From IMG/VR virus record IMGVR_UViG_3300007735_000782: DNA of 64,000 bases. The stretch is one strand, 5' to 3'. The stretch is from an uncultured virus (IMG/VR IMGVR_UViG_3300007735_000782). Its lineage: Duplodnaviria > Heunggongvirae > Uroviricota > Caudoviricetes. Shown here in pieces: positions 1 through 10,987 of this stretch. Position numbers and translations under genes: made by a program. Numbering within the stretch: the first letter of the stretch is position 1; every line of letters starts with the position of its first letter. Under the pieces are notes generated by a model. The model had not been told where the DNA came from and did no database searches. It saw nothing but the letters and a program-made list of their open reading frames with translations.

Positions 1-66
1 CGCGCTGACGGACGTTGCTTTTTTGCTGCGTGTAAGCCTTGCGGAATGGGTCTTTAGTTGCCATCT

Positions 67-1992
67 CTACGCTACCGATAAATAAATGTAAGAACCGCCA
101 TTAGCGTTGATGGCGGCAGGGGCGGTGGAGCTGATCTGGAATCCAGAACTCAGTGGGTCGATGTAGTCGGTGTTGGTAACTTCTGCAGCCGCGGAATTTA
201 ATAACAAATATGGATCGTTAGCGGAAATGATTCCGCGTGCAGAATCCCAAATATACCAGTCACCAGTGCTGTCGGTGCGCTTGATCAGGACGAACCGTGC
301 GCCGGCTGTGAAGCCGCAGTTGATCTGTTGTGTGGTGCCGGTGCCGGTGTAGCTGCCGACTTTGGAGACGCCGGGGCAGGTGGCGAAGAGGTAGGCGATG
401 TAGTTATCGCCATTCCTATTGCCTTGATTGTATATTCCCAGGGAAAAGACTGAGGCAGTTGGGGAGGTGTTGTTCCAGAGAGAGTAGCCACTAGAAGGCT
501 GTGTTGTGTCTAATAGAAGAGCATTAGAAGGCCCAGTTGGGGCGGTGTAAACGTACCAGGAATCAATAGTGGTTCTACTTTTGATTATCATCAACTCTGG
601 TACGACACCAAGACTATGTGACACTGTTCGGTTTGTGGCATTTCCCGTATAACCCACCACGTCAAAGAAGCCGGGGGCGCGGCGGAAAACCCAGTTAGCG
701 TAGGTACTACTCGATCCATTTAGGCCGTCAGAAGCACCCAAACTGAATCCAGTCATGCTATCCAGTGCAGAAACTACTGTTGTATTTGAGCCTTCTGCAG
801 TTGCAACTGGCGTTCTTAAGTAGGCTGCTGCTCCTCGTAAACGATCCACAGCGATACCGCCATTCAGGCCAATAGCAGTACGTTCTTGACCGAGAATAAA
901 ATCAACGGGAAAAGCAGGTGTTGTGATTGTTGCCGCAGCGCCAGTACCAGATCGCGCAAAAGTGCTAAACACCTTCGTCGCATCGGTGGGCGTCTTCATC
1001 GGCCCGCGTCGGATGGCGATGTAGATGGAAGTATCGAAGCCGTCTGCGTAGAAGCCAGTGGCTAAGGGATGCCCGTATTGTGCGCTTGATTCGGCAGAAG
1101 AAGAATTAGCTTGGAGTTGAGCATCGTTTGAACCATTTGCCCAGCCACGCATGTTGTCGATGATGTACCAGCCGCTTGCTGTGGTGCTTGACTTAATCAA
1201 AACCCACTGCGGCTCCCATCCAAGATCAACAGTGGCTTGGTAGCTCCCGTTTGGCGTAAATGTCCCACACTTGATCACACTGTCATTCCCGCTAGCGCCA
1301 AACCCGCCGGCGTCGTGCGCGAATAGGTAGGCGACGTAGGTGTTCCCGTTAACGTTCGGAGCGTTTCCACCGGAATCCCCCTTAACAGGGAACGTAGTGC
1401 TGGTAACAGTTGCTCCGGAAGAACTGAAATGCTGATCTTCACCAGAGGCAAATGTGTAATTCAGATAGGCGTTCCAATTCGTAGACGGAAACGACCTATG
1501 CCACACAAGCCAATCCGTAGAAGCAGCGGATGTATTTTTAACAATAATGCACCCTGGGACTGAGCCAAGATTGTGTGCAATTGACCGTGATGATGCACCG
1601 TTGCCAACCCAAGTAACCACATCAAAGAACTTCGCGGCCTTGCGGAAGGTCCAGGAGCAATAAGTGGCGGCGTTGGTGTTGTAGTCAGCATCAGCGCCTA
1701 GCGCAAAACCAGTTGAGCTAAAGCTGGTGACGCCGGTTGATTCAGTTGCTTCTGCTGCTGTGCTGTTAGATTCCAGTGACTTCGTGGCGCCACGTGCTGT
1801 ATCCGTAAAGCGGTGTGCAGTCGCGCCACTCCGCCCTTTAATCCAAACCAACCCACCCTTACCGCTCAGATCAATCCCATTCGTGATCGTCTGTGTGCTG
1901 CCGTTGCCGGTATATAAATAGGTAGACATCACGTCTTCAATATATAATTTATCTGCTGCTGCAGTTGCACCCTGTAATGCTTTAGCCAGCAT
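67..1992 (-). CDS. Tail fibre / receptor-binding protein with repeated beta-rich domains
   Basis: Repeated 'YTGNG..I..G..P..V.IK.R' / 'FFDVV.Y.GN' modules typical of aquatic phage fibres; distal end of tail module. Confidence 0.75.
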   Translation of the reverse strand: MLAKALQGATAAADKLYIEDVMSTYLYTGNGSTQTITNGIDLSGKGGLVWIKGRSGATAHRFTDTARGATKSLESNSTAAEATESTGVTSFSSTGFALGADADYNTNAATYCSWTFRKAAKFFDVVTWVGNGASSRSIAHNLGSVPGCIIVKNTSAASTDWLVWHRSFPSTNWNAYLNYTFASGEDQHFSSSGATVTSTTFPVKGDSGGNAPNVNGNTYVAYLFAHDAGGFGASGNDSVIKCGTFTPNGSYQATVDLGWEPQWVLIKSSTTASGWYIIDNMRGWANGSNDAQLQANSSSAESSAQYGHPLATGFYADGFDTSIYIAIRRGPMKTPTDATKVFSTFARSGTGAAATITTPAFPVDFILGQERTAIGLNGGIAVDRLRGAAAYLRTPVATAEGSNTTVVSALDSMTGFSLGASDGLNGSSSTYANWVFRRAPGFFDVVGYTGNATNRTVSHSLGVVPELMIIKSRTTIDSWYVYTAPTGPSNALLLDTTQPSSGYSLWNNTSPTASVFSLGIYNQGNRNGDNYIAYLFATCPGVSKVGSYTGTGTTQQINCGFTAGARFVLIKRTDSTGDWYIWDSARGIISANDPYLLLNSAAAEVTNTDYIDPLSSGFQISSTAPAAINANGGSYIYLSVA

Positions 1993-2608
1993 GACGCACC
2001 TCCTCGGTCAGAGCACGGTCAACGGACCAGCCTCGATTGAGGCGTGCCCAGACTGTTTGAATTTTTAGTCCCATCTCGTCGCTCCACTGCTGCATTGTTT
2101 GCTTCCGCCCCTGAAACTCCAGCACGACATTGCACCGCCGGTTGTTGGCTTGATCCTTGTAAGAAGCCCAGCGCACGTTGTCCGGCGTGTAGGAGCCGTC
2201 GTTGTCCACTCGTTCCAGTGTCATGCCTTTTGGTTTGTCGCCCATGTCAGCGTAGAAGTTTTCAAAGTCGTGCCAACGCTTGCAAACGGCAATCCCACGA
2301 CCGCCATAGTTCTTAAAAGCGCTACTGGTTCGTAGATAGCACCGATCCATCATTGAGCGGTGTATGGACCAAATTTGTGATTTTGACTTGCCATGCTTTT
2401 TGTTGACGTTTCCAATAGCCTCTCTTTGCAAGCAACCACAGGATTGAGTTTGTTCTTGACGCAGCAAGAAACCCAGCACCTCTGTAGTTTCGCCGCAATC
2501 GCAGACGCAGCGCCAGAGCCGTTGGCGGTGCTTGTTGTGGCCCGCCATTTCAATGACAGAGAGTCTGCCGTACCGCTGTCCAGTCATATCAATCGGCTTA
2601 CCCATCAC
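1982..2608 (-). CDS. Free-standing HNH homing endonuclease
   Basis: 'G.RYGRL.V...WRCVCDCG', 'SCGC', 'YGGRGI.VC.RW', 'TLERVDNDG.Y.PDNVRWA...Q.NN' motifs; overlaps both neighbouring fibre genes. Confidence 0.85.
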   Translation of the reverse strand: MMGKPIDMTGQRYGRLSVIEMAGHNKHRQRLWRCVCDCGETTEVLGFLLRQEQTQSCGCLQREAIGNVNKKHGKSKSQIWSIHRSMMDRCYLRTSSAFKNYGGRGIAVCKRWHDFENFYADMGDKPKGMTLERVDNDGSYTPDNVRWASYKDQANNRRCNVVLEFQGRKQTMQQWSDEMGLKIQTVWARLNRGWSVDRALTEEVRHAG

Positions 2609-3900
2609 GCATCACCCACACGAGCGCCATACACCTGAGTGCTGACTTTCCACAGCACGATTACGGTGTAACCAGTGGTGTTAAGCGTCGGCGCACTGCC
2701 GCCGCCTGTTTTCCACACTACACCGCCACTACCCCATGTCGCATCAGTCCATGTAATTGTATAAGCGGTGCCATCGTCAACCATCAACGTGACAGCTTCA
2801 CCAGCAACCATATTGGTGCATTTTGGTGTGCGGTTAGCACCTAGCGTTATTAGTTGAATACTGCCATTACCGGGATCAACTTCAAATGCAGCAGCATCAG
2901 TAATAGTAAATATATCCTCAAGTATCGTGCCGATGATCGCAGGGTCGGTAAGGGTTTTATTGGTTAGTGTGCTGGTTGATGAGATGCTTGGTATAACAAC
3001 GCCTTCAACTGCTAACACACCAGCAGCACTTCTTGAAAGCGTGGTATCACTAGCATCGCCTAGCTCAATGGAGCCAGTAGTGACAATGGTTTGAGAGCCA
3101 AAGTTTGGTGCAATTTTTGTGCCTGCAATGGCTGCAGAGGCATTAATATCGGCGTTAACAATTACAGCAGAGCCAATCGCAGCAGTACCATTGCTAGCAA
3201 TTGTTATATCACCACTTACTTTATTGAAAGCATAATCAGTGATACGTGTTGCAGCAGCTTTTCTGTTAGTACCAGCACCACCATCATCAACAATAAACAA
3301 GTCTGCATCAACTAATGCTGCACCAATATCAGTGCCACCATCAATATCAAGGGCTGCAATTCCTACTTTATTAGCAGTGCTAATAGTGGCTAGTTTTGTG
3401 TCAACAATAGCAGCAGCGGAATTTATATCCTCATTAACAATGGAATCATTAGCAATGGCATTACTAGTAATAACCCCACTGGGCAGGGTAAAAGTGCCGC
3501 TAATTGTTGCATTGATAATTGTGCTGCCACTAATTGTGCCATTATTGATAGTGCCGCTTGTCACTAATGGTTGAATTAAAGTGGTGCCGCTAGTAAAAGT
3601 GTAGTTGCTAACAAAAACACTACCATTCCAAACTTTAGGCGTTGGAGGTGAAGAAGCAGTATCTAACCATTGCTCTCCTTTACTGTTACCAGCAGATCCC
3701 CCTGATGCTGGTGTTGCATTAGGCGCCCCTGTCCCTACAAACACAGGGCTAATTTTAATTAGCGCGTTTGCATCTCCCCTTAAATAAACAGCAGGATCTG
3801 CTTCATTGTAATTAACTGCTACTTGCCCAAAAGCAAGTCCTGAAACAACTGGACGTTTAGTGGCAGTGCCACTACGTAAATTTTGAATGGGAACAGCCAT
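2605..3900 (-). CDS. Tail fibre protein
   Basis: N-terminal 'RSGTATKRP..L..G.VAVN' fibre anchor; Thr/Gly/Ala-rich repeats ('IVNEDINSAAAI..TK' twice). Confidence 0.75.
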   Translation of the reverse strand: MAVPIQNLRSGTATKRPVVSGLAFGQVAVNYNEADPAVYLRGDANALIKISPVFVGTGAPNATPASGGSAGNSKGEQWLDTASSPPTPKVWNGSVFVSNYTFTSGTTLIQPLVTSGTINNGTISGSTIINATISGTFTLPSGVITSNAIANDSIVNEDINSAAAIVDTKLATISTANKVGIAALDIDGGTDIGAALVDADLFIVDDGGAGTNRKAAATRITDYAFNKVSGDITIASNGTAAIGSAVIVNADINASAAIAGTKIAPNFGSQTIVTTGSIELGDASDTTLSRSAAGVLAVEGVVIPSISSTSTLTNKTLTDPAIIGTILEDIFTITDAAAFEVDPGNGSIQLITLGANRTPKCTNMVAGEAVTLMVDDGTAYTITWTDATWGSGGVVWKTGGGSAPTLNTTGYTVIVLWKVSTQVYGARVGDA

Positions 3901-3947
3901 TGGTTAATCCAGATAAAAGCTAAAAAGCTATAAGAAAATAAAAACGC

Positions 3948-5837
3948 TTAGTAAGTGCCAGCGTCAATGGCAGTAGAACCAGTATTTACTATAGCAATAA
4001 GTTGGTCCGCTGTTAAGTCCTCAACGTTACCAGTGCCACCAGCCGCTTGCCTGCCTTTAACGGTAGCTTGCGCAACTTGTGCTAAGCGGTCATTAGTAAC
4101 GCTATTGACGGGAATAGATGCAGCAGAAAATACTGTCCAAGTAAGTGGATCAACGTCTAAAATTGCATTGCTTTCAATTTGTACAAAAGCAATATCAGTA
4201 TTTACGTTGCCTCCAAAAATAAAAGTAAACGCACCAGCCTCTAGCTCTCCTTGAGCATTAGCGTCCAAGGCCCTCGTAACTACTGCAGGAGTGCTTACAC
4301 TGCCAATATCAGTAACTACGTAAATGCCATTTTGGAAAGTAGTAGTTTGATTTTTAAGCAGAATACGATCACCTGCGACCACATTGGTGCTATCTACACT
4401 TAATAGTCCATTACCAGAAGCTTCAATATATTTTGTATGTTCAACAACAATTGTGCCACTACCAGTAGTAGTCAGGTCAATGGCAGTGCCTGCAATAGCA
4501 TTTGCCTTTGTTGTGGCAAGTTTAATTGTATTAACGTCAGTATCAATAATAAAATATTCAGTTAGCGCAGAAAGTCCGCCAGGCAATGTTGCAGTGGTAG
4601 TAATATAAACTCGTTCGCCTACATTGAATGGGTGGTTATTAATGGTGAGAGAATCAGCGCCAGTGGTGACGGCTGATACTGTGCCGGAAGAATTATAATA
4701 AGTGCCAGAAAAATTAGCCGTAGAAGCAAGTCGAGATGCTTCTTTTACGCTTAAACCTTGAGCAACAGCATCTGCATATTCTTTTGTTGCGGCATCAGAA
4801 GCCGCAATGGGAGCAGCAAGATTAGTAAGCCGATAACCATTGAAATTAGGATTAGCTGATGCTCCACTAAGAATATTATTTGCATTTGCTTCTATTGTTA
4901 AATCATTACCAACAGTTGCCACCGCAATTTTAGATGATGCCGCTCTGATGCTTTTTAATTCAACCCTATATTCACCAGCAACAGCGCTTTTACCATTGGA
5001 AATTAAAGATTGACCAGCAGCACCCACATTAACTGCAGTTGATAGACCAGCAAGGTTAAACAAGCTAGTTGCAGCCGTGGAGCCACCACCACCACCTTGC
5101 GCAACGCTCAAGGGAGTTGTAAGGCCAGTGATTTCGGTTATATCAGCATTGGTGCCAAGTTGTGCTGCGCCAAGGCTTGCTCGCGCTCCACTAGCGGTTG
5201 TAGCGTTAGTACCACCTAAGCCCACGCCTAAAGGTGAAGCAACATTCAAAGAGTTGATGTCAATGCCACTAGGCACCACATCGACGGAAATAGTATTTCC
5301 ACCATCGCCTGTAACAACACTAATCTTTCCGCTACCAGCCTTTACTGCCCGGAAATTAAGCTGCTTTGTGCCATCGCCAAGCGTACTAATGCTGGACAAT
5401 GGGCTGATGGGACTACCAGTGCCGGAAAGCGTAACACCAGTGGCAACAGTGGTGGTATTAACCGTTAAGTCAACGCGATTGCTTCCAGGGTTATCAGCGC
5501 CCGTAAGTGTTACGCCTGCACCAGGAATAAAATTAAGTTGTTGACGAGTGCCAATGGCGGTACCAGTATTACTATAAATTGATTTCTGTATAGTCGTATC
5601 ACCACTTACACTTAATGTAATTGTATTGCCAGCATCATTGTAAGAAGCAATAATGCCAGTGCCTTCTACAATGAAAAGATCAATAATATCCTGCAAATCC
5701 TCTTTTAGATTTGCATAAGTAATCTTTTTTGTAGTCGAAAGAGTGGGATCAGTGGTATTGTCAACAATTACCAGCAGATCATTGTTGTTGGGCTGAACAA
5801 GCGCAACTAAATCCGTAATAAGCCTACTTTGAGCCAT
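3948..5837 (-). CDS. Tail fibre / virion structural protein
   Basis: 'GGTNATTASGARASLG', 'ITNL..P..SDAATK.Y.D', 'GDRILLKNQT...NGIYVV' fibre motifs. Confidence 0.75.
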   Translation of the reverse strand: MAQSRLITDLVALVQPNNNDLLVIVDNTTDPTLSTTKKITYANLKEDLQDIIDLFIVEGTGIIASYNDAGNTITLSVSGDTTIQKSIYSNTGTAIGTRQQLNFIPGAGVTLTGADNPGSNRVDLTVNTTTVATGVTLSGTGSPISPLSSISTLGDGTKQLNFRAVKAGSGKISVVTGDGGNTISVDVVPSGIDINSLNVASPLGVGLGGTNATTASGARASLGAAQLGTNADITEITGLTTPLSVAQGGGGGSTAATSLFNLAGLSTAVNVGAAGQSLISNGKSAVAGEYRVELKSIRAASSKIAVATVGNDLTIEANANNILSGASANPNFNGYRLTNLAAPIAASDAATKEYADAVAQGLSVKEASRLASTANFSGTYYNSSGTVSAVTTGADSLTINNHPFNVGERVYITTTATLPGGLSALTEYFIIDTDVNTIKLATTKANAIAGTAIDLTTTGSGTIVVEHTKYIEASGNGLLSVDSTNVVAGDRILLKNQTTTFQNGIYVVTDIGSVSTPAVVTRALDANAQGELEAGAFTFIFGGNVNTDIAFVQIESNAILDVDPLTWTVFSAASIPVNSVTNDRLAQVAQATVKGRQAAGGTGNVEDLTADQLIAIVNTGSTAIDAGTY

Positions 5838-5840
5838 TGC

Positions 5841-6653
5841 TTAGGAAGCCCCGCTAACTTTGATTTCCTTGAATACTGGTATCGTAGCACTAACTGTGCG
5901 CTCCCTAGACCAAAAGAACGGTCTTAATGATGCAAGTGTAGTGGTACTAAAGCTATGAATCACATTGTCATTGCGTGAAATTTGCACTTGCCCTGTTGAT
6001 CCATTGCGAGCAATTTTCCATTTATCATCACTTCTTAAATATACAGGGCCACCACTCACGGTGATGTCAATGCCACTTCCAGCAATTGCAGCAGCATAAC
6101 TTGATGCAAGCAAGAAAGCATTTGCTCCTGATGGAATTACAAAATATTTAGTATTCAATTGCAATGGTGTAGGAGCATTACCACTGTAAATAATTACAGC
6201 ATCACCAGCTCCATAGCCGTGACTGGTGCTTTGGAAAGTATCAAAAGCAATACTCACTCCACTGCCAATGCGCTCTTTAGCTACACTTCCAATGGATACG
6301 CCAGCAGTGGTAATATTTACCAAGCTTCCATTGTTGATATTTTCAGCAAACCCTATAGCGTAAACACCATAAGCACTTCCATTATCTGCAATTTGCTGGG
6401 CAGAAGTCCAAGCAGCAAGCTGCGAAATATTAGCGCTAGTGGCTAAGCCAACAGCAGTAGTGGCAAAAGTATTGCCTGACAATGGAGCCCTAAAAGCATT
6501 AGGCCGCACCTTAAATTCGATTAAACCATTGCGTGGATCAAACGATGGCGTTTGAAGAAGCTGAGTGCCAATGCAAAAAGCATAAGCCCTGTCGGAGGTG
6601 TCATCCGGCAAGCCTTCACTTGCCAAATTCACGATGTCGCTGCCAATAGCCAT
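5841..6653 (-). CDS. Putative virion structural protein
   Basis: Co-oriented in tail module; shares 'H....G..V....P..L..T.YFVI....F.LA.S...AIAG..ID.T' domain with 3948..5837. Confidence 0.55.
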   Translation of the reverse strand: MAIGSDIVNLASEGLPDDTSDRAYAFCIGTQLLQTPSFDPRNGLIEFKVRPNAFRAPLSGNTFATTAVGLATSANISQLAAWTSAQQIADNGSAYGVYAIGFAENINNGSLVNITTAGVSIGSVAKERIGSGVSIAFDTFQSTSHGYGAGDAVIIYSGNAPTPLQLNTKYFVIPSGANAFLLASSYAAAIAGSGIDITVSGGPVYLRSDDKWKIARNGSTGQVQISRNDNVIHSFSTTTLASLRPFFWSRERTVSATIPVFKEIKVSGAS

Positions 6654-6658
6654 TCTTT

Positions 6659-8743
6659 TTACCGCAGGCCGTAGTTGAGGAACGCCCGCACTTCAGGCGC
6701 TGGGGTTATTACATTATAGGAATTAGTCGTGGAACAATTAGATGCCTTCATCCATTCCGCGTTGCTTTCCTCAAGATTAATTATAAGCATAGAATCCACC
6801 ACTCGTCGTGCAGCAAATACCACCACACCTTGTTCGATAGGACGAGCGCGAGAAGCGACTGCGCTATCAATAATCACATCATAAAACCCTCGACCATAAT
6901 TAGAAGCCACAATGCCAGCTCCGGCATAGCCGTTATATAAAGAACCGCCACGAGAAGTTGCAAGAGTGATAGTTGTAACGCCTGGAACTGTTCTAATGTA
7001 AAATGTTGTGTTATTAATTACAAAACGAAAACCAACTTCAAGCGAATGTTTTCTGTCAAGGGTAAGAACGCCATTACCATCAATATTTGTAATTTCATAA
7101 TCTTCGTTAGCTGTAGGAAAGTCAAATTTACTATCGTATTCAGTGGTGATTGATTCTCTAACTAAATCGTAAATTGACGTTAAGTTCACAATTTCTGCTT
7201 TATCTGGCGCAATATAAAAACGCACAAGTTCTTTTCCGCTTACTCTCTGTTTTCCAACAAAATTTCCTTCTAAAGTACCCATATCAGTTGCATCGTAAAG
7301 CCCTTGGAAAGCAAGAGGAAGCCCTTCCGGCTGTTGCGTAAGTAGAAATGTAGCTTCATTGGCCCCGTCGGGAGCAAGTAATAGTGATTCAGCTAAACCG
7401 AAATCACCAGCACTGCTTTCAGGTAATGTCCCATTAAAATGGCCAACTTCATCTAGCGAAGAAAACACAGCATCCCGTAACACTGCTATTTCTGCACCAT
7501 AGTTTCCAAATAAGCTTAAAGTTTTAGGGAGGCCCTGTAAAGTATTAAGAATTTTATTAGGTGCAAAATCTTTGGCGCGGATAGCAAACAATGGGAAAAA
7601 ATGAGAAGCTTCAGTACCACCTATAAGTGGACCAATTTCTCTACCATTTGAAACATCAGCTCCATATACATCAGCTTTTTCTGATTCACCACCATCCACT
7701 TGTACACTCAAGCCATATTTCATTGCAAATTGTGGCTCTACTAAGTAACCAGAATTGCTAATTTCAATGGTAAAAGGAAGTACGGGTGTACCAAGACTTG
7801 GGGCATTAAGGCTATCAGGGATAAGGATTTCATGCATCAACACCCAACGACCACGAGGCACTTTTTTAACACTTGCTGGCAGTGCTGTTTGATCATCTAC
7901 CACAAATGCATAGAATCTGGCGGAGCTAGCGCCATACCAGCCCCATTCCACTAAATACATGCAATTTTTAGTGAAATCAATAGTGGCATTACTAAGACCA
8001 TCGCCATCCATCGTGTCATGATTAAACTGACTCCGAGGAATAATTACTTCCTTGACAAGACCATCACCTGAAGAACGACGATAAACCAAGCGGAAATCAT
8101 CGCCATCGCCACCAGCTCTTATTTGAAAGAAGAAGCCATCTTGACTATCGCCAATCCCCCATAATTTTTCGCAAGCTGGTAGTTCAGCCCTGCTCATTTG
8201 CACACATACGGACATGCGCATAACACGGCCAGTCTGGTAACGAAAACGCTTGCGAGTGCTTAAACGTGCCCTCTGGAAACCGCCAGAAGCTTTAGCTAGT
8301 TCAATGTTAATGCCACGCCTTGCTGCATCATGAGTGAAACTACCAATAGGTAATGGAAAATAATCAACACCTACATTTTCCAATTGACTCCATTTGGCAC
8401 TTTCTAAATTATCCGCTCCTGTTTCATTGATTCCTTGAATTTCGGTGATGTAAATATCATCACGAAGATCATAATCATCCGTGTAATTAAATAAACTTAA
8501 TGCTTCTTCGGCTCTTGAATTGCCAAGTAAATCCTTTTTTATTTCAGTAGGTTTTTCTAAATATTTAGAAATTACAAGAGGTGTTCCTGTTAGTGGCACC
8601 ACAGATGGAATGCCACTTGCCATTACTGTTTGGCCAGCAGGAAAATCACCAGCCTCCTGCAAAACAGTGCCTGCATTAGCACCACTTGCTACAACATAAC
8701 GTTTTTGCCCTACTTCAGGCGGAAGCTGATAAATAGTTGTCAT
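6659..8743 (-). CDS. Putative virion structural protein (paralog of 8753..10303)
   Basis: Shares 'DLLGN.R', 'F.YQTGR', 'GWYG', 'PSLG.P.LP' with neighbour. Confidence 0.6.
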   Translation of the reverse strand: MTTIYQLPPEVGQKRYVVASGANAGTVLQEAGDFPAGQTVMASGIPSVVPLTGTPLVISKYLEKPTEIKKDLLGNSRAEEALSLFNYTDDYDLRDDIYITEIQGINETGADNLESAKWSQLENVGVDYFPLPIGSFTHDAARRGINIELAKASGGFQRARLSTRKRFRYQTGRVMRMSVCVQMSRAELPACEKLWGIGDSQDGFFFQIRAGGDGDDFRLVYRRSSGDGLVKEVIIPRSQFNHDTMDGDGLSNATIDFTKNCMYLVEWGWYGASSARFYAFVVDDQTALPASVKKVPRGRWVLMHEILIPDSLNAPSLGTPVLPFTIEISNSGYLVEPQFAMKYGLSVQVDGGESEKADVYGADVSNGREIGPLIGGTEASHFFPLFAIRAKDFAPNKILNTLQGLPKTLSLFGNYGAEIAVLRDAVFSSLDEVGHFNGTLPESSAGDFGLAESLLLAPDGANEATFLLTQQPEGLPLAFQGLYDATDMGTLEGNFVGKQRVSGKELVRFYIAPDKAEIVNLTSIYDLVRESITTEYDSKFDFPTANEDYEITNIDGNGVLTLDRKHSLEVGFRFVINNTTFYIRTVPGVTTITLATSRGGSLYNGYAGAGIVASNYGRGFYDVIIDSAVASRARPIEQGVVVFAARRVVDSMLIINLEESNAEWMKASNCSTTNSYNVITPAPEVRAFLNYGLR

Positions 8744-8752
8744 AGTTAATAA

Positions 8753-10303
8753 TTAACGTTCACCCCAAGTGAGGGAGCCTGCAACTGTATTACCACTTGC
8801 AGCAAGACTTTCAACCACTACTGATAACACATCACCAGATTCACCTGCCTCATTAGAAATGGGACGAGTTAGAAATTCACGATTGTAACGGAAAATTTCT
8901 TGTAGTTCTAAATTTTGACCATCGTTACTTCCTGTGAAGAAGGTGCCAATAATTTCACCACCAGTAATGCCTGATGCTGTAGTGTTATATTCAATAGCTG
9001 ACAGTTGTGAAGTTGAAGTCCAAGATGAACCAGATATAGTTGGATCTACAACCGCTCCGCTAATTGTCAAGCCACTTGCATTTTTAATTAAAGAAAACTT
9101 TGCAGCACTAACGGAAGAAAGATTGAGCATCAATGGCACCACTCGTAAAATATTTTTTGTTACTGCACCATCAGCATTAACAATATTTTCTTTGCAGCGT
9201 ATAGAAACCAATGGACGAGTGTTGCCAGGATTTACGCTTACAGCAGGAGATGCTTTTGAAAAAATATCATATTTATTTGCATCACCACCATCTATTTCTG
9301 CTTTTGTTCCATAGATTTTCAGGAACACAGCATTAGCTAAATTTCCTGTTTTTGTAATCTTAAACGTAAGAGGAAGATTAGGGTTGCCTAAACTTGGGAA
9401 CGGAATGCGATCACAAGTGTTGATTTGATGAATGGTAACCCATCTAGCATTTTTAGGTTCAGCGCCGCCAGGTAAATTTTCATCAATCGGCACATAAGCC
9501 ATAAGCTTACAAGCTGAACCACCATACCAACCCATCTGAATGCGGAACATTGTCACATTTGACAAGCTCAGCGTGTGATTGCTAGGAGAAACTCCATCAA
9601 GTTTGTCGCCAGTAAACGCACTGCGCGGAACAATTTCTTCCATTACAGAAGCATCTTCGGGCAGCAAACGATAACGATGGTCAAAATAAATAGATCCAGC
9701 ATCCGTCACTGTAAAATCAGTGGAGCCAGCTCCGGCGCCATGATTTTGAGGGCTTTCGCCTGAATTTGTACGGCGAACAAAAAACACATTATCGCCAATT
9801 ATGCGAAGAATATAACCATTTTTGCCATCGAAAATACCAAGTTCATGAGTAGCATTGGTATTACGCAACATGCTCACGCCAAAACTGACATCAGTAATGC
9901 GTCCTGTTTGATAAGGAAATACCAAACGGCTTTGCAATTGCACTAATGTTGCATTAGGAGCATTGGTATTAATTAATAACTGTGCGCCACTTTCTTGAGG
10001 AAGATGTGTAACCGTTGAATAGTCAGGTGTACCAGTTGCATTGGCTGAAATTTGCCATAACTTAGGGTCAATGGCAATGATATTCGTGGAATCCCATAAT
10101 TGCAAACTACTTTGAATGCGTGGATTGCCCAATAAATCATCATGCACCTCTGATGGCGCACTTAAATTATCAAGAATGGGAATTGGCGTTTGATCGCTAG
10201 CAATTGCCACTGGCAGCGAGTTGGCCATAGTGGCCTGCCCAGCAGCGATTGGTTGACTGCGACCAACGGTTACAATCTGTTGACCTTCTTCAATGTCGGG
10301 CAT
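8753..10303 (-). CDS. Putative virion structural protein (paralog of 6659..8743)
   Basis: Same shared motifs; beta-rich; tail module context. Confidence 0.6.
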   Translation of the reverse strand: MPDIEEGQQIVTVGRSQPIAAGQATMANSLPVAIASDQTPIPILDNLSAPSEVHDDLLGNPRIQSSLQLWDSTNIIAIDPKLWQISANATGTPDYSTVTHLPQESGAQLLINTNAPNATLVQLQSRLVFPYQTGRITDVSFGVSMLRNTNATHELGIFDGKNGYILRIIGDNVFFVRRTNSGESPQNHGAGAGSTDFTVTDAGSIYFDHRYRLLPEDASVMEEIVPRSAFTGDKLDGVSPSNHTLSLSNVTMFRIQMGWYGGSACKLMAYVPIDENLPGGAEPKNARWVTIHQINTCDRIPFPSLGNPNLPLTFKITKTGNLANAVFLKIYGTKAEIDGGDANKYDIFSKASPAVSVNPGNTRPLVSIRCKENIVNADGAVTKNILRVVPLMLNLSSVSAAKFSLIKNASGLTISGAVVDPTISGSSWTSTSQLSAIEYNTTASGITGGEIIGTFFTGSNDGQNLELQEIFRYNREFLTRPISNEAGESGDVLSVVVESLAASGNTVAGSLTWGER

Positions 10304-10309
10304 TAGTCG

Positions 10310-10987
10310 TTAGAGCGATGTAATACGGGGCTTCACTTGTAATGTGCCTAGCACAATTGTATCCTCTTTTAACACCTGCAAGGTGCCCCCGGTAGCATTA
10401 CTACTATAAACGGGAAGATTAGCAAAGGGGATGATTTCAAAAACCGTGCTAGATATAATACTAAGTGAATTACTTGCGTAAGTGGCGTTATAGCCACCTA
10501 CTGTTGTGCCATTAATTCTTACTACGTCAGAAGCAGCAAGACCATGAGCTGCGGCAGTAGTAATGCGCAGACGATAAGTGGATAATTCTGCGCTAATTAA
10601 AGTGCCTTGAGTGACAGAAACAATAGCAGGACCATCAACATAAAACAATTCTTTTAAATCCCAAAGAAATACTGCTCCAGCATCACCAGGATCAACGGCT
10701 TGTCTGCTAACGTCATAAGTAAGATTGCGATCAGAATAACCAAGACTAATATTACGAGCTAATGCTTCGGTTTGGTTGGAAGTGAGGCCAAGTTTTAAAT
10801 GTCCTGTTGTGCTTAATTTAACTATGTTCCAAGTATCTAGCACTGTATTAGTGCCAAATGTCTCTTTGATTTGAGCAAGAAGTGTTGAATTAGTGAAGTT
10901 ACGAGCTGTTCCTAGTGGTTTTTCAAATGCGAGAAATAGCTCATCAAAGCTATCCCCTTCACGAACCACTACATTAATGCTTTCCAT
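10310..10987 (-). CDS. Putative baseplate/upper-fibre adaptor protein
   Basis: 'VVREGDSF...QIK...G.LKLGLT..QT..L' resembles BppU-like N-terminal domains; context. Confidence 0.45.
   Translation of the reverse strand: MESINVVVREGDSFDELFLAFEKPLGTARNFTNSTLLAQIKETFGTNTVLDTWNIVKLSTTGHLKLGLTSNQTEALARNISLGYSDRNLTYDVSRQAVDPGDAGAVFLWDLKELFYVDGPAIVSVTQGTLISAELSTYRLRITTAAAHGLAASDVVRINGTTVGGYNATYASNSLSIISSTVFEIIPFANLPVYSSNATGGTLQVLKEDTIVLGTLQVKPRITSL

Noticed and set aside
67..5837. Diversity-generating retroelement acting on fibres
   Set aside because: No reverse transcriptase and no TR/VR pair seen in the window
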